From Octopus sinensis (taxonomy: Eukaryota), in NCBI RefSeq assembly GCF_006345805.1, contig NW_021831914.1, positions 1-34,045 of the forward strand: 34,045 nucleotides of DNA, given 5' to 3'. The translations under genes and the position numbers were made by a program. Position 1 is the stretch's first letter, and the number at the start of each line of letters is the position of its first letter. A model generated the notes under the pieces. That model saw only the letters and a list, made by a program, of their open reading frames with translations, did not search any database and was not told the DNA's origin. Shown here in pieces: positions 10,562-23,770 of this stretch.

Positions 10562-11646
10562 AACACACACATATAGACACACGAGTACAAACACATACAC
10601 ATAATGTACGCACTCCTTCCCTGAAATACCAATCAGCAATCACCAAGGGCGACTAAACGGAGGGTAAATATTATCCATTACCCGTTCTCTGACAAAACCT
10701 AACAAAATCACTTTACAACTACTAGCACACCATCACCACCACCACCACCACCACCATCACCACCATCACCACCACCACCACCACCAGTAACATCGCCTTC
10801 ATCTCCTTCATTGCCGCCATCTTTCGCCACCTTACCAATACCGCATACCGTGCTTTCCCGACACTCGTTTTCACACCTCATCTCATTGACTGTTGTCGAT
10901 AGCTGGAACTATTTCACTTGATTTGATTTCAGTTTTAAAATTAGATTAGACACTTCTTGATGACATGAGGTTAAATACCCAGTTCTTGTTTTGACACCGG
11001 CAGATATATTAAAAACACGCGAGATGGACTCGACTCGAAATGTGCATTAGGTGTGCATAAGTTGCACTAAACCAATCTTTCTTCACCGAGGCGTTAACTG
11101 CTGAAGATTGATTTAACACTTTTTAATGGTTAAATAGAAGTGGATGGAAGGCGGGGTGGATGTTTTGTTGGCTACCAGAACCTGTAAAGTCACGGACTAA
11201 CGTGTTTTATACTAAAATGTATTATACTATTGTATCTAGTATATGAGTTCAAACTACATTAGGTAAGCTGTATCTGGTAAACTACGTATTTTGCAATCCA
11301 GATCGGTTGGCAGCAAGGTTGTAGGCTCGTTAGAGCGTAGAATAAAGAATGCTTTTTTGTTATGCGTTGCGATTATCTGTGTTCTAAGATCGTATTGCAC
11401 CGAGGTCAACTTTGATTTTCATCCGTATCGGAGTTGATACAAAAAAAAAAAATACAAAAAACAATAATATACGAATCCTCCACAGAATAACGACTGACAT
11501 GTAAGGATATTGAAGCAGTTGCCTTTCCATGTTAATTCCGGATTTTTGAGTCCCGTGTTCAACAACACCATCGTCTACTGAAGCGATATCCTTTATAACT
11601 TCTCCCAATTTAGCTTCATCATCTGGAACTTTACTCATGTAACGGG

Positions 11647-11652
11647 GCCCGT

Positions 11653-11697
<45 letters not shown>

Positions 11698-11910
11698 ATA
11701 TGCACATATATATATATTTGTGTGTCTGTTTTTGTTCCCCTACCATCGCTTGAAAACCGATGTTGGTGTGTTTATGTCCCCGTAATCTAGCGGTTCTGCA
11801 AAAGAGATCGATAGGCTTACAAAGAATAGTTCTGGGATATATTTCTTCGACTAAAGGCGGTGCTCCAGCATGGCCGCAGTCAAATGACTGAAACAAAAGA
11901 ATAAAATAAT
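11647..11910 (+). mobile_element. 5'-truncated family A SINE
   Basis: From GCCCGTCG through the microsatellite to GCATGGCCGCAGTCAAATGACTGAAAC. Confidence 0.88.
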
Positions 11911-12089
11911 ATATATTCTTAGTTTGGTCCTGACTGAGAAACGATATATATATATATATATATTATCGAAATACTAAAGATTTGCAGGTACGTGGTACTT
12001 CGTTATGCAAACACAATATACTATAAGGTATACTAAATGTTTGCATAAGTCACTACCACGTTCTCTTGTATCAGCAGTGCTCTTACGTT

Positions 12090-12332
12090 ATTTTGTTAAG
12101 GTTCTTTCTACAGATATTCAATAGAACTTATAACCAGCTCTGATTTTTGCTATAACGTTTCGTATCGAGACGTGAGATGTAAACAAACAATGTGAGCGAA
12201 GACAAAACTGGTTAATGAGTGTATAGGACATATTTGTTTACATCAGACGTCTCCATACGAAACGTTACAGCAAAGGTTAGTGTTGGCTATATAGGTTCCA
12301 TAGAATATCTGTAGAAATATCCTTAACAAAAT
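12090..12332. mobile_element. MITE-like foldback element, ~98-bp imperfect inverted arms
   Basis: 12090-12187 is the approximate reverse complement of 12233-12332 (ATTTTGTTAAGG...GATGTAAACAAA), with a 45-bp spacer. Confidence 0.75.
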
Positions 12333-12644
12333 ATGATCGAAAGCTTTTCAGTTATGACTTTCCTACCATATTTTCAGACGTAGTATATCTAGGACTATAT
12401 AGTTCAATGTGCCCTACATATTTTAAAGTTTGCAAAGTGTGATTTGAAGAAGTGTTGGCTGCACTTTCTTGCAGGATATTTGACTCCCTTCCCTCTCCTA
12501 GTTTAACAGTTTCATGTTATCTCGGTTGTTTTAACCCACTGTGCCCTGTAGTCTGTGGGGCAATAACGGGATAATTTGAACTCTTCCGTACAATGGCTGA
12601 GCTGATGTTGTTAAACCTTATGAACAAAAATCTTATAAAGGTTT

Positions 12645-12990
12645 ACTCTTGCTGCTTGTCTCATGCCCGTGTTTGATGGGGCTGGGGTCATCCCAGGTTA
12701 GAGGTCCCAGAAACGTCATCTTGCGTTTCACCAGTGCTCTCCATCGCGTGCGGTCTCGTCATAGCCCCTCGGCATTCTGCAAGGTGACATCGAGCCTCTG
12801 GAGATCTTCCCAAATCACGTCCAGGGCTCTGCCACGAAGCCTCTTCCAGCACGCAGCTGCTGAGACGGATGAGTGTAAAGCCTGATAGGCTGATTTGACG
12901 GGAGACGGAGAATATATCCGTGCTAGCGCATGCGGCGGAGAGCTCTGAGGTATTAGGCTTCGGGCTGATGCTTGCATAACTCAACGACAG
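12645..12990 (-). mobile_element. RTE-like LINE ORF2 C-terminal fossil
   Basis: Reads ..AYQALH....WKRLRGRALDVIWEDLQRLDVTLQNAEGL*RDRTRWRALV, matching the KRPRGRP..W.D.I..DL.....A.DR..WR..V terminus. The tract is GC-rich relative to its flanks. Confidence 0.6.
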
Positions 12991-13399
12991 TAGATTTCGT
13001 TTTCATAAATGTGACAGTATGTCTCATTCACAATTCAAACCCTACAAAGGGAAACTTTGTCACTTCATGTGCCATAGCACACTACCCGTCTTCGCAATAA
13101 TTTAATTGGTGTGGAGCTTCCTGGACGGCAGGACCGAGTGTTTAACGAGTGGCTGTTCAGCTATCTCTCTCTCTCTCTATTGTCATCTTTATGCTATCGG
13201 TACGTTTAAAGTGCTCTTCCGGTTACATAATACTAATACAATAAAATAATGGTAGCGACCCATGGAAATAATTACTCAAAAAAATGTTGAAATTTCTAAT
13301 TTCTTTCAGTCTCTTCAGTGGGTTGTCACAGTGGAGTTTCCACAATGTGCCGATGCATCTTCACTCAATTGAAACAAAGTGAGCGTCTGTCACTGTGTA

Positions 13400-13642
13400 A
13401 AGGTACATGTGTGTATGTATGTATGCACACAGACAGACAGCTAGACACACAGACACACAGAGACATTCATATACGTACACTGCACATACAAACATATGTT
13501 CGGATGTGATTAAGTATATCTCTATGAAAGCATATGTATGTATATATGTGTTTGTGTCTTTATATATATGTCTCTCTCTCTCACTCACTCTCTCTCTCTA
13601 TGTATATATATATGTTTATATATATATATGTATCTCTCTTTC

Positions 13643-13719
<77 letters not shown>

Positions 13720-13742
13720 TTATCTCTCTCTCGCTTTCTCTG

Positions 13743-13785
<43 letters not shown>

Positions 13786-13800
13786 GTACATGCACATGAT
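13400..13800. repeat. Compound TA/TG/TC microsatellite block
   Basis: Seen directly in the sequence. Confidence 0.9.
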
Positions 13801-14416
13801 TTTATTGGAGACTAGTTTCAGTGTAAATGCTATCTATAATTTTTTTTTATTGTTTGGGGAGGTAATGAGAAAGAAAGAAAGAAAGAGGGAGAGAGAGAGA
13901 GTGAGAGATAAATGAGACCGAGCTAAATGATACAAAGTTAAACTACGGATGGGGATAGCATTGTAAAGAATGCAGGGCGGTATATAAAAGGGTGTTAAAG
14001 ACTTGACCGTCTGTTGTCTTGGGGTGCCAACCAAACCAAAATTGTAATTGATCTGCGAATAGATAATCCGAATACTCGAATGTCAAACTATAAAATATCT
14101 TAAGAATATTATCTGCAATAAAATGTATGAAAATTCTTAATAGGAACGACTTACACACTAAAATAGTTAAATCCATATATAAACTTATATGATCAGAGAG
14201 CAAATTAAAGAATATTGAAGATAGGTTAGTCTGTAATCTGATACAATGCTGTTCTAGGCACCCATAATGACCATATTATTCCAAGAAATCTTGCAGACGC
14301 ATAAAATCACACGAACACATATATACAGTAGGTAGGAAGGTTCCTAGCTCATTATACAAGTCGAGTATACGAAAGATACTCGATTGTGGATGCGCCCATA
14401 TCTTTATAGAAGAAAT

Positions 14417-14460
14417 GCATATATATATATATATATTATGTGTGTATATATATATGTATG

Positions 14461-14558
<98 letters not shown>

Positions 14559-14977
14559 GTATATGCATATGTATATATGTATGTATGTGTATAAGCTGGT
14601 TATGTACATATGTATACATATGTAGATATATAAATTTGAAGATTAATATATACATAAACACGCGTAAAGAAAACGAAGCATACTAGTATGATAATACGTA
14701 TATAAATATACGCACGTACACACACAAATAATTACATGAATAGACTTAACCACGTGCATGTGTTTGTGAGTATGGTTGTATATGTATATATATATATGTG
14801 TGTGTGTGTGCGTTCATGCAGGCAAATACACACATATATTAAAGCTACAGCCAGTCTGTCATAACCGACATCATTGAGTTATCTCTCAGTGGAGCTAGTC
14901 AGTCAAATGACATTCTGTCAACCGGCTAGACATCTCGTTGCAAAACGGGGTAAACGAAGACTTTTGAGCTTGTATAT

Positions 14978-15020
<43 letters not shown>

Positions 15021-15340
15021 ATGTATAAGTATTTATACACAGAGTAGTGACACTTGTCAGGCAGGTCGCCATACATGATAGAAAGGGCAGCCAAACTCAA
15101 CCACGAAAAAAAGGAATTTCAAAGAGAATGAAAACAAAAATTAATTATAGTTAACCCTAAACTCGAGTTTCTGTGTTAATGAACAAATAAAATATTTTGT
15201 TATCCGTACTTCATCAGCGGGATCGCTGCTAGCCACCGGTAAAAATGTTTTCTAAATTTTCTACTCTTATAATTTTTGCAGTGTATATGTGTGTATGTAT
15301 ATATATGTGTGTGTGTGTATATATATATGCATACATATAT

Positions 15341-15427
<87 letters not shown>

Positions 15428-15446
15428 GTATATATATATTATATAT

Positions 15447-15510
<64 letters not shown>
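14417..15510. repeat. Interrupted (TA)n/(TG)n microsatellite blocks
   Basis: Seen directly in the sequence; short unique islands lie between the blocks. Confidence 0.85.
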
Positions 15511-15513
<3 letters not shown>

Positions 15514-15708
15514 AGAGATGTATTCCCACGAGGGAAAGGATATGGGAAATTATTTTGTGGTTTGAAAATGTACATGAATCTAAGAAACGTGTAGTCGTAT
15601 TTAAATAGATTTATTCAAACACCAAACTAGTTTCAACAAGCTTTTGGGTTATCAATTGTACAAATATAGAAGGAAAGGGGTTTAGGAGAGTTTAAAGTTA
15701 CATATATG

Positions 15709-16100
15709 TTCTTCGTTTTACCTCTTTTAGTCACTTGACTGGGCCTTCCTGGAGCACCACCTTGAAGGGTTTTAGTCGAACAAATCGATCCCAGGACTTA
15801 TTTTTAAAATCCAGTTCTTATACTCTCGGTGTCTCTACGCTAAGTTACACGTCAAGTGGGGTGGGTGACAAACATACACAGAAAGATACACACGCATGCA
15901 CACACAAACACACATGCACAGACACACACACATATACGATGAGCTTCTTTTCAGTTACCGTCTATCAAATCCATTCGCAAGGCTTTGATCGACCCGGAGC
16001 TATATTAGAAGACACTTGCCGAAGGTACCACGCAGCAAAACTGAACCCGGAATCATGTGGTTGGGAAGCAAGCTCCTTACCACACAGTTACACCTACGCG
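15709..16100 (-). mobile_element. Family A SINE (diverged)
   Basis: Tail TTAGTCACTTGACTG..GGAGCACCACC and head ..ATGTGGTTGGGAAGCAAGC..ACCACACAG. Confidence 0.85.
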
Positions 16101-17507
16101 TATACACACACACACACACACCACACACACACACATATTTCACGTGATCAAGTGACGACCAGACTCTCAGATGCTGTTACACATCTAATGTAATTTCGGT
16201 ATAACTCTTGATTGTTTCAAAATTTAGATTTTTAGTTAGATATTAAGAATATCTAAAACGCTGGTCTTCGCCGTATTTGAAGAGTTCATTCTCGCATCAA
16301 ATTGAATGCTTTCTTTCAAATGGAATGTTCTCGTTTGCTTCTATGTATTTCCCAATCGATTTACTATAATCAAAGGTGTCTATGATCAAGTTCTTCGAAA
16401 TGTTGCCTTGTAGTCCTCGCTGCAAAAAGTTCGTTGTATTCGCCAGGGATAAAATTAAACTTCTTATAGCATTAAGAATATAATTCCAAAGCCTACAGCA
16501 TAATACCTTCTTGTGTACGCAGCTAATGTCAGTCAGTAAGTGTTTATTGATCAACCTTGTATGAGGGTTCGCAGTGTTCATAATTCCCATGATAAGCATA
16601 TTATCGTAATTTGCTTTATGCTCATTAAATGTGAAATATGGCTGTTTGAGTCTAAGTTGTTCGTTCCGCTCTATCGTCTATGTGAGCAAACAGAGTTATT
16701 TATATACCTCGGTTGTTGATAATCCGTAGAGTATTGTGGTTAGTTTACCATTAGATTTTGGTAATCTGTAATGAGAATAATCTGTACAACTTAGTATGGT
16801 TTACTACTGTCAGATTACGGGTCAACAGTATTCACATAATTTACTTAAGATTATATTCATAAGATAGCCTTATTTATTAGCATTTAAACATTAGATTTAA
16901 CTATACACATGTCTATTTAATTTAATACAGGTCAAAATTTAATTTGGTTAGAGTTACAAACCAACAGTCTGTCAAGGCTAGAACACTCAGCTATATCTCA
17001 CTCTAAACCATGTTTATTTCTACATCTCATATTTAACATAGTATAACGCTGCTACTCTGTGCATTCAAACAAAAATATATAATTAATATCCACATTAAAG
17101 TTAATTGGTAGTTGTACAACTGATCGTCAAAAATTGAAATATGATTATGGTAAGAAATTGAACAATAATGAAAAAGTATGGTAGTAATACCATAAAGTAT
17201 GGAACACTAATAAAAAAAAGTATGTGGAAGCAACACCATAGAGAACAATATACACCTCGCCTTCATCAAACCCTGCACATTACTATCTTCAGCTCAAGGA
17301 TTCGTTAAGCTGGCTACCAGATAAAAAATGATTAAAAATGCTGAAAAGATTGATAAAAACGAATGACCTGAGCCAAATGCATATTCAATGCAGAATAGAT
17401 CTGCGCATTATAAAAATTTCATAAAACAGAACCCCAAATCCATTGAACTGCACAATAAGCTAATGTCAATATGGACAACAAAACCATTAAAGTTAAAAAT
17501 AATAATG

Positions 17508-17723
17508 ATTTCAAATTTTGGCACAAGGCCAGCAATTTCGGGGGAGGAGGTAAGTCGATTGCATCAATCCCAGTGTTTAACTGGTGCTTATTTTATCGAG
17601 ACCATAAGGATGAAAGATAAAGTCGATCTCGGTGGAATTTGAACTCAGAACATAAAGACGGACGAAATGCGGCGGCCCAGCATTTTGCTCGGCGTGCTAA
17701 CGGTTCTGCCAGATTCACCGCCT

Positions 17724-17724
<1 letters not shown>
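17508..17724 (-). mobile_element. Old family-B-type SINE
   Basis: GATTTCAAATTTTGGCACAAGG...GGAATTTGAACTCAGAAC...CGTGCTAACGGTTCTGCCAG. Confidence 0.85.
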
Positions 17725-17755
<31 letters not shown>

Positions 17756-17812
17756 AAGTGCTTTAAGCATGGTCATAGTCAATGACTGAAACAAGTAAAA
17801 GAATAAAAGAAT
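17725..17812 (+). mobile_element. A30 run followed by an isolated family A SINE / CR1-type 3' tail
   Basis: GCATGGTCATAGTCAATGACTGAAACAAGTAAAAGAATAAAAGAAT. Confidence 0.7.
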
Positions 17813-18439
17813 TAAAAAAAACAAACTAATTTTGATAATAAATCCCAAGAACCTAAAAAGTAAAATGCTGCTCGTAACAAATATCTTTTACATATTTTAA
17901 TCTTAAGTGGTGAAATATCAGTCGTTAGATATCCTGTCATAGTAGTTAGTTCCAGTCTCTGTACTGCGATTTCAAATCCTGCTGAGTCCAAATTTACCGT
18001 TCATTCTCTTGGAGGGAATAAAAACTACCATTCCATTGCTGTGGGTCGGTGTAATTGTGAGGACGTTGGACTGGATGCCTTGCAGTATTTTTTTCTGATT
18101 TTTGTGTCCTAAGAGCAAATCCAGTTAAGGTTTACACGGTTTAATACATCCCCTGGCATTTGGGTGAATTTTAGGGAGTCTATTATGTTGCAAGAATTAG
18201 CTCTAAGCTTCTGTTTTCAGAACACCTTCCTCTCTCTGCCTTGCACTAATCCCTTAGTCTCTGTAATGGAAAAGAGGCACAGGTTTCTGATAAAATATGT
18301 CAAAAATATACGTAAATCGTAAACTTTATGTTTCTAACTTTTATATGGGTCAAACGAGTACAACTCTTTCTTATTCGTTCACAGTTCACTTGCAGCAAAT
18401 ATCAACACAACTCAGGAGCATTAATTAAATCACATAACA

Positions 18440-19040
18440 CCATAAAAACGTGACAGTAAAACATTAGTAAACAAGACATCTATACTACAGAGAATTTCTT
18501 TAAAAATGCATGGTTAATGAAGCAAGCAATACACATAATCTGCGACGATGCTAAAACTAAACATACAAACGATATACATCAATCACCAACACGCATAGCA
18601 CATTCTCTCACCAATTCACTATTCACTTACAAGAGCAATTCTGAAACACAAAATCACACTAAAATAAAACAACATAGAACGAAACAAACAACGGCTTAGT
18701 AGTAAAGCGTTAGTAAACAGCACATCTTTACTACAGAGAATTCCTTACAAAATAGACGATTAATGATAGAATCAATATACATAACTTAGGACAATACTAG
18801 AGTAAACATTACAAACAACATACATCAGTCACAAACAAGTACAACACTTATAAAATCACAAATTACTTACAAGAAGAATTCCAAAATACAAAATCACACA
18901 ACACAATAAAATCTTGGTAGTAAAATGTTAGTAAACAACACATCTATATACTATTGAGAATTCCTTACAAAAATAGACAATTAATGATGGCACAGAACGG
19001 AGGACATTGCTAAGATAACTACACAGACAAACATACAAAT
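18440..19040. repeat. Diverged tandem repeat, about 3 units of 220-245 bp
   Basis: Anchor GTAAA..GTTAGTAAACA..ACATCT..ACTA..GAGAATT.CTTA occurs at 18456, 18702 and 18920. Confidence 0.8.
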
Positions 19041-19345
19041 TACAAACGAAAATAAACGACTGTCTGATGACGAATGAATCTATCCGCCAAAAATGTAAAT
19101 GCCGGTGCTAACATCGACAGCCATCACATTTACCATGTCTACTGGAAAGAGACGGCGATATCACTTTGAAGATGAGATGATGAACGTCTCTTAAAGTTGA
19201 TGATAGAATTAAGAACTTTACCGTTCGAAGCAAGCTACAAGGAATTCCTATGAAAGTATGTGAAAACCTTGATACGAAATGATAAAGTATAAAACCACAA
19301 TACAGCGGCGTGTTCTATAGACAGTTAAAAGAAACGCTGTTTCCG

Positions 19346-20000
<655 letters not shown>

Positions 20001-20615
20001 TATTTGTAAGGATGTGCGCTTGCAAGTATTTATGTAGGTGTATAGGAATCAGTTTGTCTAAGATTATTTGGCAATCACGAAAACCAACGCAACTGAATGA
20101 CCCTCCAATTACCTTCCATTTCTCCACATTCCTCCACATCGCTTGGAATAATTCCAGAAATCTTTCGAATTATATTTAATGTTCCGACTATTATATTTCT
20201 ACCAACATTTTCCAAGCAGTGACTTGTTTTATGAAGATAATGATAGTCTAGAGCGTGTAGATTCGGATATACACTACATGCGATAAAATTATCTAGTAAT
20301 ACACACATACACACATACGTACACATATACAGATACATACACACACGCACACACACATATACATATACCATACATTTATATATGTTTGAATTTGTGCGTG
20401 CATATCTATATATATATGCGTGTTGTGTGTATGTCAGCTAATATACATTACTGACTATATAAAAATGTGTCCACAAATACATACACACATACACACACAA
20501 ACACACATATTCACACACACACATACACACAGAGAGAAAGAGAGAGAGAAAGAGAGAGAGTTAAGTGTAAATGATGTATAAACATTTCTGGACGTGTATA
20601 AACATATATGTACAG

Positions 20616-20671
<56 letters not shown>

Positions 20672-21349
20672 TATCTATCGATGTGCATAGATATGTACGG
20701 TATATATATGTATGTGAGTGTATGTGTGTATTTGTATTATATATATATATATACATTAATTTTATATATACACATACATACGTATTTACGTATTTGTGTA
20801 ATTGTGTATGTATGTATCGTATATTATGTATGCATGTACGTATGTAAATATGTAATAAACCAACTCGCTTGCAAGGACATTCGATTTCATTAAAACTTTG
20901 ATGTTATCTTCAGCATTCTATAAAAATGGATTCTCTGTAATTACAACATCTAATCTACTGGAACAAACAAGCACAGAATTCCTCTACAGTAAGATTATCG
21001 TTTTGATATATGTGGTGGCGTTACAAAAAGCCAAACGCAATAATGGCAGTTATAGCAGAGTGGTAAAGAACGTTAATCTATGATGTTCAAGTTAGAACAT
21101 ATAAGATAACTGTGTCTTATTCTGTTTGCCTGTTCAAATGTTACCTATACACTTTGTTTGTTTAGTCCCAGGGAAATTTTGTATACCAGCTTTAATATCG
21201 AATATAATTTCTGTTAGTAATCATCCCATTTTTATGCTCACCCCAAACTACTTTGTCCGATCTCCCTACTTTTTATTAAAGATAAGGGATGAAACTTGGA
21301 GCAGACGTGTTTTCTATATTAAGGACTTCGAGTGACCCTAAGGACGCTT

Positions 21350-21885
21350 TTTCATTTACACATAATACTTAAATATATCTTTGTTCATTTGCAACGGTAA
21401 ACCTTTCGTTCTTCACTCATAACACTGAAATTTTCTTCATTCCCAACGCTAAAACCTTCGTTGTTGATTGACGAAACTAAAACCTAGCTTTTTCATTATT
21501 CACAACAGTAAAAGCTTTGATATATGTACATTCACAACTCTAAAATCTTGTTTCTTCATTTTCAGCGCTAAAGCTTACTTCGTTGTTCATTCACTAAAAT
21601 CTTGTTTGGTTATTCACACCACTAGTACTGATATAGTTCTCTGACGACGCAAAAGCCTTACTTGTCTTTGCTGCATAACCAAACCTGGTTCATTCACAAC
21701 ACCCAAAATTTACCTGTTCATTCGCAACACAAATACTGTCATCGTACATTCGCAATACTAAAACTTGCTACTTTTATTTGCAATACCAAACCCTACCGTT
21801 TTGATTCCCAGTTGTAAAAATTTCGTTGTACATTCACCAGATTAAAGCCATCCGTGAATTTTTTGTTCATTTCCAAGCCTTAGAA
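21350..21885. repeat. Highly diverged ~28-bp minisatellite, about 18 units
   Basis: Recurrent TTCATTCACAACACTAAAA-like core every 24-34 bp. Confidence 0.7.
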
Positions 21886-22393
21886 TTGGGAATTCTCTAA
21901 TTTTACCGAAGCAGCGTCACATAGAACACAAACTTCCATTTGCCTATAAACTGCAAGACTTTTATGTAGAATTTTATTCTTGCCTTTTTTATGACAAGAA
22001 ATTGCTGTATCCTAAATCAATTCTTTTCTTTTATCCAGTTTTCGAACCGGCTGGTATCCATTTTTGAACATAAATAACCAAACTTCGAAGTTCAATCGAT
22101 CAAAAGAGAAGAGAGAGAGAGAAAAAGAGAGAAGGGTGGAGGATGAGAGAGAGATAGAGAGAGAAAGAGAGAGAGACTGTGTGTGTGTGGAAGGACGATA
22201 TAGAAAGAGTGGAAGCCAGATAAACCAACCTCTACAGTCAATAAATTAAACTTTCGCGTTCTAAAAGTGAGGAGCAACGGTAATCGCAACGAGATTTGTA
22301 ATCAGAACTCTAAGGTTCTGAACAGATAACGCATTGTATTTTTCCTATGCAGCAAAGAGTCTTCGTAATAAGCCACTAAGGAATGTAAAAATA

Positions 22394-22761
22394 ATGCACG
22401 AGGTCTCGTGATCAGGGATCCAGCTCCCGATCTTAATATCGTGGGTTCAATGACTGAACTGGACAGTGCGTTCGATTCTTGAACAAGACGCCCAATTTCA
22501 CGTTGCTACAGTTTGGTCAGTCCACTTTCCTCCATGAAGAGCATAGGGTTGGTTTCCCGGTTTCTCTGGCGTACATATTCCTCCATGAAAAGGGCACCGG
22601 TCCATCGCAGGATTACTCATTTCTGTCAGCCTAGTGGCCTGGAGAAACGTGAAGTGAAGTGTTTTGCGGAAGAACACATCGCATAGCCTGGTCCTGGAAT
22701 CGAAACCACAATCATACGTTCATGAGTCCAACACCCTAACAACTACACCATGTGCCTCCAC
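22394..22761. mobile_element. Two family C tRNA-SINE pieces fused tail to tail (plus 22394-22525, minus 22530-22761)
   Basis: Plus head GGTTCAAT..CTTGAACAAGAC..TTTCACGTTGCT. The minus copy ends GAATCGAAACCACAATC..ACCCTAAC..GCCTCCAC and contains the complementary AAACGTGAA. Confidence 0.7.
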
Positions 22762-23073
22762 ATTACATTAGTTTACTCGAGTGAATATGAGTAGCAGCTG
22801 AGTGTTGGGACAGCTCTGTTTGTCTGTCTCTGTCTCTGTCTCTGTCTCTCTCTCTTTCCCAACTTATGTATGTGCTGCCGGATTAAAGAATGAAAGAGCA
22901 TCTATGTCTGCTCGCGATGACATTGATACCGAAAGCAACCAGCGAAAGTATGGTATATGATAGGAAGATACTATTGTTTGCGCATGGCTGCTGGCTCTGA
23001 GATATAATCAATCACGCATTGCCTGTAAATGTAGAAGTTATGAGGTTTACAATCATTATTACATAACACAACT

Positions 23074-23390
23074 ATAAGGCACCGAGCTGGCAGAATCGTT
23101 AGCACGCTGGGTGAAATACCTCGCGGTATTTCGTCTGCCGTTACGTTCAAATTCCGCCGAGGTCGACTTTGCCTTTCATCGTTTCGGGTTCGATAAATTA
23201 AGTATCAGTTACGCACTGGGGTCGATGTAATCGACTTAATCCGTTTGTCTGTCCCTGTTTGTCCTCTCTGTGGGTAGTAAAGAAATAGGTATTTCGTCTA
23301 TCGCCACCGATGTCGACTTTGCCTTTCATCCTTTCGGGGACGATAAAATAAGTACCAGTAAAGTGTTGGAGTCGATGTAATCGACTCGCA
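23074..23390 (+). mobile_element. Family B SINE (23074-23287) followed by a second headless family B core (23288-23390)
   Basis: Full head-core-tail ending GTAGTAAAGAAATA, then GGTATTTCGTCT..GTCGACTTTGCCTTTCATCC..GTAATCGACT again. Confidence 0.88.
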
Positions 23391-23392
23391 GT

Positions 23393-23767
23393 ATTCTTTT
23401 AGTTGTTCAGTCATGTGACTGTGGCCATGCTAGAGCACCGCCTTTAGTCGAGAAAATCGACCCCAGGACTTATTCTTTGTAAGCCTAGTACTTATTCTAT
23501 CGGTCTCTTTTGCCGAACCGCTAAGTTTACGGGGAGGTAAACACATACCATCGATTGTCAAGCGATGTTGATGGGCACAAACACAGACACACAAACATAT
23601 ACATACACATATATACATATTTCAGTTTCCGTCTACCAAATCCACTCACAAGGCTTTGGTCGGCCCGAAGCTATAGAAGAAGACACTCGGCCAAGGTGCC
23701 ACGCAGTGGAGCTGAACGCGGAACCATGTGGTTCGTAAGCAAGCTACGTTCCACACAGCCACTCCTA
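23393..23767 (-). mobile_element. Family A SINE, near full length
   Basis: Reverse complement of the family A sequence seen at 5241-5698. Confidence 0.9.
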
Positions 23768-23770
23768 AGG

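Noticed and set aside
11500-11640. Possible older CR1-type 3' end (YMSKVPDDE resembles FLS.VPDEP)
   Set aside because: The similarity is too short and degenerate to support a call.
13975-13990. GGGCGG directly followed by TATATAAAAG (GC box plus TATA)
   Set aside because: A single short motif with no downstream exon or other support; the GC box abutting the TATA box is atypical spacing.
16297-16599. 100-aa non-repetitive ORF on the minus strand
   Set aside because: No recognisable domain or splice structure; the length is expected by chance.
19064-19075. CTGATGA hammerhead seed (also 32268-32274 and 32912-32918)
   Set aside because: No stem II followed by GAAA and no stem I/III pairing nearby.
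21350-21885. CRISPR-like repeat-spacer appearance
   Set aside because: Repeats are far too degenerate, linkers are only about 10 nt, there are no cas genes, and the context is eukaryotic.
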